From an uncultured Clostridia bacterium (GTDB taxonomy: Bacteria; Bacillota; Clostridia; TANB77; CAG-508): a stretch of 64,000 nt of DNA. Location of the stretch: contig CANRMR010000002.1 of NCBI GenBank assembly GCA_947631785.1, positions 706 to 64,705 of the forward strand. The letters run 5' to 3'. Shown here piece after piece: positions 20,775 through 31,228 of this stretch (position 1 is its first letter; every line of letters begins with the position of its first letter). Both the position numbers and the translations under genes were made by a program. The notes beneath the pieces were generated by a model. The model was not told the DNA's origin, made no database searches, and saw only the letters and a program-made list of their open reading frames with translations.

Positions 20775-21884
20775 TTATTTATTGTTAAACTCTTTAGAAA
20801 CTACATTTAGTGCTTCAAAAATCACTTTATCCATATCATAATATTTATATTGTCCAAGCCTTCCACCAAAAATAATATTATCATCTTTACTTGCTAATAA
20901 CTTATATTTTTCATATAAGTTATTATTTTTATCATTATTTATTGGATAATATGGCTCCTTTTCTTTATTCCAACTATCAGGATACTCTTTTGTAATTATC
21001 GTTTTAGGTCCATTTATATACTCAAAATGTTTATGTTCTATAATTCTTGTATACGGTACTTCATATTCTGTATAATTTACAACTGCATTCCCTTGATAAT
21101 TTTCTTCATCTAGAATTTCTGTTTCGAATCTTAAACTTCTATACTCTAATTCTCCAAATTTATAATTATAGTATTTATCAATAGGTCCTGTAAATATAAT
21201 TTTTTCTGCTATATTTTCTAATTCTTCTCTATTTTCAAAAAAATCGCAATTTAATTTAACTTCTATTTTATCTAACATTTTTTCTATTATTTTTGTATAA
21301 CCACCAATTGGAATACCTTGATAAATATCATTAAAATAGTTGTTATCATATGTAAACCTTACAGGCAATCTTTTAATAATAAAACTTGGAAGCTCCTCTG
21401 CTTTTTTTCCCCACTGTTTTTCTGTGTAACCTTTTACTAATTTTTCATAAATAGTTTTTCCAACCAAACTAATAGCCTGCTCTTCTAAATTTTTAGGATT
21501 AGTAATACCTGCTTCTTTCTTTTCTTCTTCTATTTTAGCCCTTGCCTCTTTTGGAGTTATAACTCCCCATAACTTATTAAAAGTATTCATATTAAATGGC
21601 ATGTTATATAACTCGCCTTTATATATTGCAACAGGAGAATTAGTATATCTATTAAATTCAGCAAATTGATTAATATATTCCCAAACTTCTTTATTACTTG
21701 TATGGAAAATATGTGCACCATATTTATGTACATTAATACCTTCAATATTTTTTGTATAAATATTTCCAGCTATATGATTTCTTTTATCTATAACTAAACA
21801 TTTCTTTCCTCTTTTATTTGCCTCATATGCAAATATAGCACCAAATAAACCAGCACCTACAATTAAATAATCATACATCTTCAT
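20775..21884 (-). CDS. glf: UDP-galactopyranose mutase.
   Basis: N-terminal FAD-binding YDYLIVGAGLFGAIFA motif. Size about 369 aa. Confidence 0.9.
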   Translation of the reverse strand: MKMYDYLIVGAGLFGAIFAYEANKRGKKCLVIDKRNHIAGNIYTKNIEGINVHKYGAHIFHTSNKEVWEYINQFAEFNRYTNSPVAIYKGELYNMPFNMNTFNKLWGVITPKEARAKIEEEKKEAGITNPKNLEEQAISLVGKTIYEKLVKGYTEKQWGKKAEELPSFIIKRLPVRFTYDNNYFNDIYQGIPIGGYTKIIEKMLDKIEVKLNCDFFENREELENIAEKIIFTGPIDKYYNYKFGELEYRSLRFETEILDEENYQGNAVVNYTEYEVPYTRIIEHKHFEYINGPKTIITKEYPDSWNKEKEPYYPINNDKNNNLYEKYKLLASKDDNIIFGGRLGQYKYYDMDKVIFEALNVVSKEFNNK

Positions 21885-21917
21885 TTACTCCTTACATTTA
21901 ATTTTGCTATATATAAA

Positions 21918-23066
21918 CTATTTTCTATCTTCAATTATAAAATATTTTTTAATTTTTTTTGTATTGCAGTTATTTTTAAATTTTTCTACAATATACATAA
22001 TAAATATTGAAAATAATATTGTTAAAATTATTATTATAGATAATTTTTGTATATATGTAAAATATGTTAATTTTTTATTTACTATTGATATAATCCATAT
22101 ATGATTTAAATATATTGGAAAACTTAATTTTTCTATATATTTAAAAAATTTTGTATTTGTATAATTAATAAATAATGTTTTCTCACTAAATGCCATTACT
22201 GTTGAAATAGATAATATAAGTAACATTATGAAATCATAATTTATACCAGCATCTTTTATATTAGTTATTAAAAATATAGAAAAGAAACCAACTATTTCTA
22301 TTAATGTAAATATAATTTTTGTTAATTTTGTATAATGTATTTTTTTTATTTTCTCAACTATTTCATATAATATAACTCCAAGGGATAATTCAAAAAAAGC
22401 TCTTAATAAACATTTGTATACAAAACCCGTATATTCCCATCCATTTAAAGTTCCATATGTATGAGATAACCATCCACCTATAAAAATAACAATTATAGGT
22501 GCAATTACATAAACAAAGTTCTTTTTATATTTTCTTATCAAAGGATATATAATTAGCATTGAAATTAACATTGCAGATATATACCAAGTTTGTCCAAGTA
22601 TTGATGTATATTTTATTCCTGATGTTTGTAAAAAGAATAAGTTCCATATTGAATTTATCAATTCATATCTTTTATACATTCCATTGTTATATATATTTAC
22701 AAATATTGTAATTATAAATGAAATTATCATATATGGAAAAAAGTTTTTAATTTTTTTCCATATAAAATCAAATGTTTCTTCTCCAATACTTGATTTTATT
22801 CTTTCTTTATTTAATGCATTTTTTGCAAGTAAATACCCAGATACAATGAAAAAAAATTCTACTCCTATATATCCATATTTAAATATAACATTTTCTGTTT
22901 TTGTAGAAATATTAAAATGATATACAACAATCATTAATGAAAACATAAATTTCCAAAAACCAATTATACCATTATGTGTTTTTTTATTTTTTTCTTTTAA
23001 CAGTTCCCCGTGTGTGTGTGTGTGTGTGTGTGTGTGTACAGTATCAATGGTTTCAAGCTTTTGCAT
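21918..23066 (-). CDS. Acyltransferase-3 family membrane O-acyltransferase. A (GT)14 dinucleotide repeat lies in its 5' coding region.
   Basis: Multi-TM acyltransferase_3 core (NGIIGFWKFMFSLMIVVYHFN...). The N-terminal leader MQKLETIDTV(HT)nG is encoded by (AC)14 on the coding strand. Confidence 0.7.
   Translation of the reverse strand: MQKLETIDTVHTHTHTHTHGELLKEKNKKTHNGIIGFWKFMFSLMIVVYHFNISTKTENVIFKYGYIGVEFFFIVSGYLLAKNALNKERIKSSIGEETFDFIWKKIKNFFPYMIISFIITIFVNIYNNGMYKRYELINSIWNLFFLQTSGIKYTSILGQTWYISAMLISMLIIYPLIRKYKKNFVYVIAPIIVIFIGGWLSHTYGTLNGWEYTGFVYKCLLRAFFELSLGVILYEIVEKIKKIHYTKLTKIIFTLIEIVGFFSIFLITNIKDAGINYDFIMLLILSISTVMAFSEKTLFINYTNTKFFKYIEKLSFPIYLNHIWIISIVNKKLTYFTYIQKLSIIIILTILFSIFIMYIVEKFKNNCNTKKIKKYFIIEDRK
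23010..23037. repeat. (GT)14 dinucleotide microsatellite inside the acyltransferase N-terminal coding region.
   Basis: gtgtgtgtgtgtgtgtgtgtgtgtgtgt at 23010..23037. Confidence 0.95.
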
Positions 23067-23103
23067 TTTCTATTTCTCCTTTTATTTTTTTTAAAACTAT
23101 CAT

Positions 23104-24147
23104 CTATAATAATTTAAAATACTCTATTGTTCTTTTTATTCCACTTTTCAAATTTGTACTTGGATTCCAACCAATACCCTCTAATTTCGTAGTATCTAGC
23201 ATTGTTCTTTTAAATTTAACATATTCATTATTATTTTCCTTTATATTAAATACAACATCAACTTTATTATTTAATAATTCTTTAATTAGATATGCTAAAT
23301 CTACAACCTTTATTTCTTCAGTTTCATTTGATAAATTATAAATTTCATTTTCATTATCATTTAATATTATTTTTAATAATCCATTTATTGCATCAGTAAC
23401 ATAGCAAAATGCTCTTATATCCTCGCCTTTACTTTTTAATATTATATTTTCATTTTTAACTGCATTTCCAATTAAATCTGACATTATTCTTCCATCATTA
23501 CTTATATTCATACCTGGACCATATACATGTGCAATTCTGGCTATTTTATATTTTATGCCATATTGATAAGCATAACTAATAATCAAATTTTCAGCCATTT
23601 TCTTACTTTCTGGATAGCATGACCTTAATTGTGTATTGTCCAAAACTCCCATGTCTGTTTCTTTTATTTTTTTTATAGAGTCATCTACTTTTCCATAAAT
23701 TTCTCTTGTTGATGGAAAGAATAATTTTGCATTCTTTTCTTTAGCAAGTTCTAAAACATTTAGTGTACCTAACACATTAGAATTAATAATTTCTACTGGT
23801 TTTTCAGTAATACTTTTTGGATTAGCGTTACTTGCCATATGTATAATATAATCAACATTTTCACTTATTTTTATTTTTTCATTTACATCTTGAACAATTG
23901 GTATAATATCATTTCTTTCATCATAATTTGTATTTTCTTTTAGCTTATTTACATTTCTAACTAAAGCAAATATTTTAATATTCATATTTTTGTTATCATT
24001 TAAAAACATAAGAAAATACATACAATAAGCTGCAAGCATGCCATTTGCACCTGTTATTAATATATTTTTATTTTTAAATTTCTCCAAATTGCTACTTTGT
24101 TTAAAAATAGTAACCATATCTTCCATAACTATTTTATTATTATACAT
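23104..24147 (-). CDS. NAD(P)-dependent extended SDR (epimerase/reductase). Likely the sugar-phosphate reductase partner of the cytidylyltransferase.
   Basis: Rossmann motif ILITGANGMLAAY and a YxxxK catalytic region. The start is chosen at the internal Met just after the upstream stop. Confidence 0.65.
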   Translation of the reverse strand: MYNNKIVMEDMVTIFKQSSNLEKFKNKNILITGANGMLAAYCMYFLMFLNDNKNMNIKIFALVRNVNKLKENTNYDERNDIIPIVQDVNEKIKISENVDYIIHMASNANPKSITEKPVEIINSNVLGTLNVLELAKEKNAKLFFPSTREIYGKVDDSIKKIKETDMGVLDNTQLRSCYPESKKMAENLIISYAYQYGIKYKIARIAHVYGPGMNISNDGRIMSDLIGNAVKNENIILKSKGEDIRAFCYVTDAINGLLKIILNDNENEIYNLSNETEEIKVVDLAYLIKELLNNKVDVVFNIKENNNEYVKFKRTMLDTTKLEGIGWNPSTNLKSGIKRTIEYFKLL

Positions 24148-24148
24148 A

Positions 24149-24865
24149 TTATATTTCCTCACACGCTTTATTTTTTCTTGCATAAATAGATTCTGCAAGT
24201 GCAATATCTTTTATTGTCGTAATTTTTATATTATCATAATCTGTTAAAACAACCGACAAAGGTTTATTATATTTATTCATTAATGTGCAAGAATCTATTG
24301 AATTAGTTATACCATCTTGCTGAGCCTTTATATGTACATTATAAATATCTTTTAAATAAAAACTTTGTGGTGCTTTAGCAATAAGTGATTCATTTCTTGG
24401 TATAACATATTTAATATTATTATTTTCATCTACCAAAACCTCTGTTTCTGTTGAATATACACTTGATATTGCACTACCTTTTTTCTTTACATTTTCAATA
24501 TTTATGTCTATTAATTCACTGTTAATAAATGGTCTAACACCATCATGTATTAAAACAATAGAATTTTCATCATACATTTTTTTTGCACATTTTAAGCCAT
24601 TAAATATAGACATTTGACCGGTTTCTCCACCTGGAACAATTTTACTTACTTTTCTTATATTATACACTTTAAGCAAATCTTTTAAATAATCAATCCATTC
24701 TACTTTTGAAGCTATAATTATTGCATCTATATTTTCGTTTTTTTCAAAAACCTCTAATGTATGTATTATAATTGGTTTATTGGATATTTCAATAAATTGT
24801 TTTGGTTTATCTGTTTGTCCCATTCTTTTGCCTACACCACCTGCAAATATGATTGCAATATTCAT
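24149..24865 (-). CDS. IspD/TarI-family nucleotidyltransferase (CDP-ribitol or CDP-alditol synthase type).
   Basis: N-terminal AIIFAGGVGKRMG...KQF motif of the IspD/TarI family. 238 aa. Confidence 0.75.
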   Translation of the reverse strand: MNIAIIFAGGVGKRMGQTDKPKQFIEISNKPIIIHTLEVFEKNENIDAIIIASKVEWIDYLKDLLKVYNIRKVSKIVPGGETGQMSIFNGLKCAKKMYDENSIVLIHDGVRPFINSELIDINIENVKKKGSAISSVYSTETEVLVDENNNIKYVIPRNESLIAKAPQSFYLKDIYNVHIKAQQDGITNSIDSCTLMNKYNKPLSVVLTDYDNIKITTIKDIALAESIYARKNKACEEI

Positions 24866-26325
24866 ACTATAACCTCTTTTCTTTTACTTTTTATTTTGCT
24901 TAATATATTTTTTATTGTATCGATTACTAGATCATCCTTTAATAATAATAAACTTATAATATAAACAGCTGATCCTATAACTATTTGTATTGACATCTTT
25001 ATGATTAAATTTAAATTAATAAAATTAATACCAACGATACATACAAGCATGATTATAGCCGATATTATCTTCTTCCAACTTGTTTCAACTAGACTTTTTA
25101 TATTATAAAAATTATTACAATTTTTTAGGTATAATAATGTTATAGTTAACTCTGCAATTATTGTTGCTATAACAGCGCCTTTACTCCATAAACCTGGTAT
25201 TAATACCAAATTTAGTATAAAATTAATAATTGCTCCTATTATAATAAATTTTGCACTCTTTAATCTTAATCCAGCTGGAGTATAATATTGGGAACCAAGG
25301 CAGTGACTTATACCAACTATAATAATAATTGGGCTTAGCAATTTTATTAATATACTAACATCATTATATCCTTCTCCAAAAAATATTGGTACAAAATTAT
25401 CTATAACACCTATTAGTCCAAAACAAGTACCTAATCCTATAAATAATATAAAGTTTATAGATTTTTTTATTTTTTCTTTTATTTCATCATACTTTCTTTC
25501 TGCAAAAAGATATGAAGTTCTTGAGCTAAGTACTGTATTTAAAGAAACAAATGTGATATTTTTGGCTACATTAATTATTTTTGTAGCTTGTTCATAATAT
25601 CCATTTTCGTCAGAATTTTTTGTGATAAGACCTATAAGAGTTTTATCTAAAACAGTATATATTGATGTCGCAATAGTAGGAATAAAATATTTTAATGTTT
25701 CTTTAAAATGTCTTAAAACTTTTAATTCTTTTAACTTTACTTTTTTAATAAATTTAGGAAGATATATCCACATTGATATTGTACCTAGTAAGGTTGTTAA
25801 AGACATTATAAATATGTATAATACTAAATCATTAGGATTTTTTATAAAAACAAACAATAGTACAGTACCTAATATTTTAAATAAAGAATTCTGAAGTATA
25901 GTATATTTAAATTGTTCTAAACCACTATAAAACCATGAAATATCAAATATAGTATTTAATAGGTTCATCGTTAAAATAATATATATAATTTTATGCTCAT
26001 TTGTTATAGCAATTAAAATTCCCCATGCAATTATACATATACTAGAAGTTAATATTGTTAATATTTCTATTTCCCAAAACAATTTACTTCTTACTGATTC
26101 ATTATCTCTATTTCTAGCTATTTCCCTAGCACCATATGATACAGTACCTAATGCTGCAAATAGCGTAAAAAAAGTTTGAATAGAAGATGTATAACTGTAT
26201 ATTCCAATCCCTGTGGCACCAATAACCCTTGATATATATGGAGTTGTTATAAATGGAATTAATATTGTCAAAATTTGATATATTGTATTATATATAATAT
26301 TTCTCTTTATACTTACACTTTTCAT
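24862..26325 (-). CDS. wzx: Wzx-type oligosaccharide flippase (MOP superfamily).
   Basis: 487-aa 12-14 TM polysaccharide biosynthesis protein. Confidence 0.75.
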   Translation of the reverse strand: MKSVSIKRNIIYNTIYQILTILIPFITTPYISRVIGATGIGIYSYTSSIQTFFTLFAALGTVSYGAREIARNRDNESVRSKLFWEIEILTILTSSICIIAWGILIAITNEHKIIYIILTMNLLNTIFDISWFYSGLEQFKYTILQNSLFKILGTVLLFVFIKNPNDLVLYIFIMSLTTLLGTISMWIYLPKFIKKVKLKELKVLRHFKETLKYFIPTIATSIYTVLDKTLIGLITKNSDENGYYEQATKIINVAKNITFVSLNTVLSSRTSYLFAERKYDEIKEKIKKSINFILFIGLGTCFGLIGVIDNFVPIFFGEGYNDVSILIKLLSPIIIIVGISHCLGSQYYTPAGLRLKSAKFIIIGAIINFILNLVLIPGLWSKGAVIATIIAELTITLLYLKNCNNFYNIKSLVETSWKKIISAIIMLVCIVGINFINLNLIIKMSIQIVIGSAVYIISLLLLKDDLVIDTIKNILSKIKSKRKEVIV

Positions 26326-26348
26326 TAATTAATCCTTTCACTACTTTA

Positions 26349-27170
26349 TTATCTCCAATATACTTCATTATCATGTTCTTTTATTTGTTTTTCTTTTGGA
26401 GGTAATTTCATATAATCGCCATAATGCTTAGTTAAATATTCATCATATCCAATTGGAGCCTTATATTTTTCACCTTCAAAATCTACTAATGTATAATCTT
26501 CTATATAACTACTTGGCATAACTTCTTTTTCTGCATATCTTCCACTTATACATGCTACTTTTTTAGTGTTTTTATATTTTATTGCAATATTATCTAAATA
26601 TTTTAATATTTTTGGAATTAACTTAAATTTTTTTATTATCATAAGCAATATTTTTTTTAAAAATAATTTTACTTTATTTTCAGTAACATCTGATATATTG
26701 TTATATTGATACATATATATTAATTTATATATTCTTCTGTATTTTTTCATGATTTTTTTGATCTTTTTTTCATTATCTGGTAAAAAATCTATAGGAAATA
26801 CATCAATGTATACGCCCATATCTTTTATTTGCTTATACTCATTTTCTATTAATATTGTTTTTGTATTAACTATTTTTGCAAAAGGATAATAATAATCATG
26901 TGTATTAATGTAATTAATTAATTTACAATTATCATTACATTCTATATTAAAATTATTTAATAAATTTTCATAATCTTTTCTTGGCATCATAATATCTATA
27001 TCATCATCCCAAGGTATATATCCCTTATGTCTTATTGCTCCTAATAACGTACCTCCACCTAAAAAAAAAGTTATATTATGAATTTCACAAACTCTTTTTA
27101 TTTCTTTTAATAGTTCTTGTTGTATATTTTTTTGTTCATCTAATGAAAGTTTCATATTACTGCTTATCAC
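26349..27170 (-). CDS. licD: LicD-family phosphotransferase (phosphocholine or alditol-phosphate transferase).
   Basis: LicD signature FFLGGGTLLGAIRHKGYIPWDDDIDIMMPRKDY. Confidence 0.75.
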   Translation of the reverse strand: MISSNMKLSLDEQKNIQQELLKEIKRVCEIHNITFFLGGGTLLGAIRHKGYIPWDDDIDIMMPRKDYENLLNNFNIECNDNCKLINYINTHDYYYPFAKIVNTKTILIENEYKQIKDMGVYIDVFPIDFLPDNEKKIKKIMKKYRRIYKLIYMYQYNNISDVTENKVKLFLKKILLMIIKKFKLIPKILKYLDNIAIKYKNTKKVACISGRYAEKEVMPSSYIEDYTLVDFEGEKYKAPIGYDEYLTKHYGDYMKLPPKEKQIKEHDNEVYWR

Positions 27171-28132
27171 CTTTTTTCCTTTAATCTTAATAAGAATTTT
27201 AATACATTTTTAAAGTAAATTGCAAGAAATATCTTTATTTTATCTATTTTATTAATTTTTCGATCTTTCATATAATATTTAAAATATTTTTTAATATTAT
27301 TTTTTAATTTATTATATATTTCAATATCTTGATTATATCTTAAAATTTTCATCATGCATGAATAATTTATTCTAATATATCTTTTTATTGCATATGGCAA
27401 AAGATCGTTAAAATTAATCTGGCAATCCTCAATAATGTTCTTACAAATTTGTATTTCTTTTTCCCAATCATCATTAAATTCACATGATGTTGTATTGCTT
27501 TTATGTAGCCTATAATAATAAGTATTTAAATTCGTATTTACTTTAATAATTTTCGAATTTTTTATCACATTATATAAATACACTAAATCTTCTGAAATTT
27601 TTAAATCTTCTCTAAACTTTACATTTTTTGCAATATTATTTTTATACATTTTAGACCATATAACTGAGGTATAAAATTTTTCGTTTAATAACTGCTTTAA
27701 AGCTTCTTCAGAATTTAAAATATTATCAAAAGGTATGCTTTTTTTAATAAATACATTATTATCGTCTATATCTATTGTCCCACAAATGCTAACATCTGCA
27801 TCACAACTTATAATTTCATCATATAAGAATTTAACATAATTTTTGTCAACATAGTCATCTGAATCAATAAATGTTATATATTTTCCATGTGCTTCATTTA
27901 TCCCAATATTTCTAGCTTTTGATACACCTTCATTTATTTTATGAATTACTTTCATTCGTTCATCTTTTTTTGAAAACTCATCACAAATTTTGCTAGAATT
28001 ATCTGTTGAACCATCATCTACTAATATAATTTCTATATTTTCATAAGTCTGTTTAGTAATACTATCTAAACACTCAAATATATATTTTTCTATATTATAA
28101 ACTGGAACAATAATAGAAATCAAGTCATTCAA
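27167..28132 (-). CDS. Family 2 glycosyltransferase.
   Basis: IVPVYNIEKYIFECLDSITKQTYENIEIILVDDGSTD followed by a DxD region. Confidence 0.8.
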   Translation of the reverse strand: MNDLISIIVPVYNIEKYIFECLDSITKQTYENIEIILVDDGSTDNSSKICDEFSKKDERMKVIHKINEGVSKARNIGINEAHGKYITFIDSDDYVDKNYVKFLYDEIISCDADVSICGTIDIDDNNVFIKKSIPFDNILNSEEALKQLLNEKFYTSVIWSKMYKNNIAKNVKFREDLKISEDLVYLYNVIKNSKIIKVNTNLNTYYYRLHKSNTTSCEFNDDWEKEIQICKNIIEDCQINFNDLLPYAIKRYIRINYSCMMKILRYNQDIEIYNKLKNNIKKYFKYYMKDRKINKIDKIKIFLAIYFKNVLKFLLRLKEKR

Positions 28133-28139
28133 TATTTCT

Positions 28140-29091
28140 TTATTCCTTTCTATACTTTATTTTCTTTAATTTTCCAATAAAAATCGGCATTAAATTATAA
28201 ATACATATTTCTACTTTTTTTAATATATTAACTGATTTTGATTTTATTATTAGATAAAATAGCTCTTTTTTCTTTTTGTATACTTTAGCTATATCAATTT
28301 TATTACCTATTAAACTATTTTTATAGATAATATCACAACATATTTTAAAAATATCAATATATAAATAATTTAAACTTTCAGCATAATTTTGTTTATATAC
28401 ATTTAGCAGTTTATCATATGAATCTAAAATAGTTAAATAATTTTTATTTAATTCTTTATTTAATGCACTTTGTGCATTATGGCTATAATGATATAATCTT
28501 TCATCAGTATAAGAACATTTTGTACATTTTAATAAATATTGGCAATTAAACCAAAAATCCTCAGCAATATAAAGCTTTTCATCAAACCTTATATTTTCTA
28601 TCTTATCTTTAATATATAATTTGTTAAATACATATCCTCTAAAATAATTTTTATTTATAATTAAGTCCATTGCTTCATTTACGGTAAATGTATTTTTAAG
28701 ATTTGTTTCTTTATTTGGAATATAATTACATATTGATATATCTGATTTATCTATTTGTATACTTGTTACTAATTTTTCTATCATCGTTTCTTCAATATAA
28801 TCATCAGCATCTATAAAACAAATATAATATCCGCATAGCATTATTAATACCTGCATTTCTTGCAGAAGATACTCCTTCATTTTTTTTGTGTATTACCTTA
28901 ATTCTTTTATCTTCTTTTTCAAAATTGCTGCAAATTGTACCTGATAAATCCGATGAACCATCATTTATTAGCAATATTTCTAAATTTTGATATGATTGAT
29001 TAATAATAGATTTTATGCATCTTTCTAAATATTTTTCAGCATTATACACTGGAACTATTACAGTTACCAATTTTTGTTCTATCTTTTCCAT
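28140..29091 (-). CDS. Family 2 glycosyltransferase, read through an in-frame CGG at 28831..28833 by a +1 shift.
   Basis: The N-terminal frame gives MEKIEQKLVTVIVPVYNAEKYLERCIKSIINQSYQNLEILLINDGSSD...ARNAGINNAM, then CGG. The +1 frame gives YYICFIDADDYIEE... The healed junction ARNAGINNAM-G-YYICFIDADDY reproduces the GT2 consensus seen in the paralog at 30240. Confidence 0.7.
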
Positions 29092-30211
29092 ATTGTTTAC
29101 CCCTATTAAATATACAATTACTTAAAATAAGTAATGGTACTGAAATTACTGTATTTATTATTAAATATTCTGTTAAGCCATACACAGCAAATAAAATCAT
29201 TATAATTTGGTCGTTAATTTTCATTTTCTTATTATTTCTTACAAATAAATATGATAATATTACAAAATAAATAATACCGTAATTAGAATATATTCTGGCA
29301 TACAAATTGTCCAATATTAAATATTTTTCCTTAAATTGAATTTTTTGTCCTATTAATGACATACCATCTTCATTTTTTGCCCTCTTCATATACCAAATTC
29401 TTCCACTTATTACTTCATCAATTTTTTTATCTACATTAGTATAATCTTTACTTATATATAAGAAAGATATTATAAGAATAGAAAATACAATAAAAATAAA
29501 TTTACTAGTTAATTGAAATATTTTTAGCTTTGCTTTAATATGCAAGTTTGATATTAAATGAAGTACAATTACAAGTGAAATTAAAATCATTGTTGTTCTA
29601 CTTTTTGTTGTAAATCCAATAAAAACTATTAATGCTATTCCAACAATATATTTAATTTTGTTCTTTTTATTATAGTATAATAAATACATATAAGCCATAT
29701 ATGTAACTAAAATAATTAATGAAGCATAATTTGGATTTCCTAAAAATAAATCATATTTTGGAATTTGATCTTTTGTATAGTGAAAACTCATTACATCTTT
29801 ATTAAATATTAAAAACCAAAAATAAATTATTGAATGTATCACTAACATAAAAATATTAAAGAAAATAATAATTTTTAATACTTTTTTTATATCTACATTT
29901 TTTATTCCTATAGCCATGAGTGCAGTTAATAAAATTAAATATTCTCCTGTTATATAAGATGTAATTGTTGTACATATAAGAATAAAAAATATCCCTATTT
30001 TTTGTGCTGTAGAGTATTTTTCCATACATATTTTTATAATTAATAAACCAATAATAGATATTGTTATTAATTTACTTAATATATTAGGAACTTTAAATAT
30101 TTCTGATGTAGAATAATATATTTTAAGTATCATTAGTATTATGCTCAAATAATATATCTCACTTTTAGTTATATTCTGTTTAGTAATTGTAAGTGGCTTT
30201 AACCATTTCAT
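29042..30211 (-). CDS. wzy: Wzy-type polysaccharide polymerase / O-antigen ligase-like membrane protein.
   Basis: About 390 aa with 10+ TM helices and a large periplasmic loop. Start trimmed to an internal Met to avoid overlap with the upstream GT2. Confidence 0.55.
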   Translation of the reverse strand: MKWLKPLTITKQNITKSEIYYLSIILMILKIYYSTSEIFKVPNILSKLITISIIGLLIIKICMEKYSTAQKIGIFFILICTTITSYITGEYLILLTALMAIGIKNVDIKKVLKIIIFFNIFMLVIHSIIYFWFLIFNKDVMSFHYTKDQIPKYDLFLGNPNYASLIILVTYMAYMYLLYYNKKNKIKYIVGIALIVFIGFTTKSRTTMILISLVIVLHLISNLHIKAKLKIFQLTSKFIFIVFSILIISFLYISKDYTNVDKKIDEVISGRIWYMKRAKNEDGMSLIGQKIQFKEKYLILDNLYARIYSNYGIIYFVILSYLFVRNNKKMKINDQIIMILFAVYGLTEYLIINTVISVPLLILSNCIFNRGKQYGKDRTKIGNCNSSSV

Positions 30212-30239
30212 TTTATATCTCCCTTCATCATTTATTTTA

Positions 30240-31217
30240 TTAGTTTCTTCCAGTAATTTTAGTGTACAAATACCAAAAAATTTTAAATACTGGTAATCCA
30301 ATATTTAATAAAACAATAGCTATTTTATCTCTTCTAGGTATTTCCTTATAAAAAAATACCTCTTTTTGATTTTCCTTAATTTTTAAAATTATATCTTTTT
30401 CCATTATTTTGTTTCGTGGATTCGTAAAAATAAGCATCCTAAGTATTCTAAAATTTGCATATAATTCAAATCTTTTTATTGATATTTCTAGTTCTGGATA
30501 CATTTGTTTAATATCTGCAAGCATGTTTTTTGTATGTTCAATATAATCTTCCTCATTTTTATTAAAACCATTTTGTTTTGAAATAGAATTTTTTCTTGCA
30601 ATATAATAATAGCATTTTTTATTGCCATATGCAATTGTACTTGCTTCTTCAATTAATTTATAAATTACAGCAGTATCTTCATATACTTTGCCTTTTGGAA
30701 ATTCAAAATTCTTCCACAAATCAGCTAAATACATTTTTGCATAAGCAGAAATTTCAATTCCCTTGTGAAGTAAAAGATTATTTAATGCTGATTTTGCATC
30801 TAGACACTCACTTTTTAAAATTTTTTCTTGTTTACATTTTTTGTTTTTCCAAACTACATTTACTCCACATATTGATAATTTTACATTATACTTCTTTATT
30901 AAATTATATAAATATTCTATATAATCTTCATCCACATAATCATCTGAGTCAATAAAAGAAATATATTTTCCTTTACATATTTTAATTCCTGCATTTCTAG
31001 CATCTGATAGTCCACCATTTTCTTTATGTATCACCTTTACCCTAGTATCTTTTTTAGCATATTCATCACAAATTTTACCACAATTGTCTGGTGAGCCATC
31101 ATCTACAAGAATAATTTCTAAGTTTTTATATGTTTGATTTATAATACTATCAATACATCGCTTTATATATTCTTCCACTTTGTATACTGGTACTATTACA
31201 CTAATTAAATCATCCAT
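30240..31217 (-). CDS. Family 2 glycosyltransferase.
   Basis: ISVIVPVYKVEEYIKRCIDSIINQTYKNLEIILVDDGSPDN...ARNAGIKICKGKYISFIDSDDY. Confidence 0.8.
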   Translation of the reverse strand: MDDLISVIVPVYKVEEYIKRCIDSIINQTYKNLEIILVDDGSPDNCGKICDEYAKKDTRVKVIHKENGGLSDARNAGIKICKGKYISFIDSDDYVDEDYIEYLYNLIKKYNVKLSICGVNVVWKNKKCKQEKILKSECLDAKSALNNLLLHKGIEISAYAKMYLADLWKNFEFPKGKVYEDTAVIYKLIEEASTIAYGNKKCYYYIARKNSISKQNGFNKNEEDYIEHTKNMLADIKQMYPELEISIKRFELYANFRILRMLIFTNPRNKIMEKDIILKIKENQKEVFFYKEIPRRDKIAIVLLNIGLPVFKIFWYLYTKITGRN

Positions 31218-31228
31218 AAATATTTTAA

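Noticed and set aside
22976-23341. Plus-strand ORF encoding (VC)n over the GT repeat
   Set aside because: Antisense to a well-supported acyltransferase gene, low-complexity, and with no RBS. A translation artifact of the microsatellite.
28869-28876. Poly-A/T homopolymer tracts (for example A8 in the GT2 at 28869..28876) as slippage switches
   Set aside because: Homopolymers of 7-9 A/T are ubiquitous in this 25% GC sequence and the reading frames across them are intact. Nothing distinguishes them from background.
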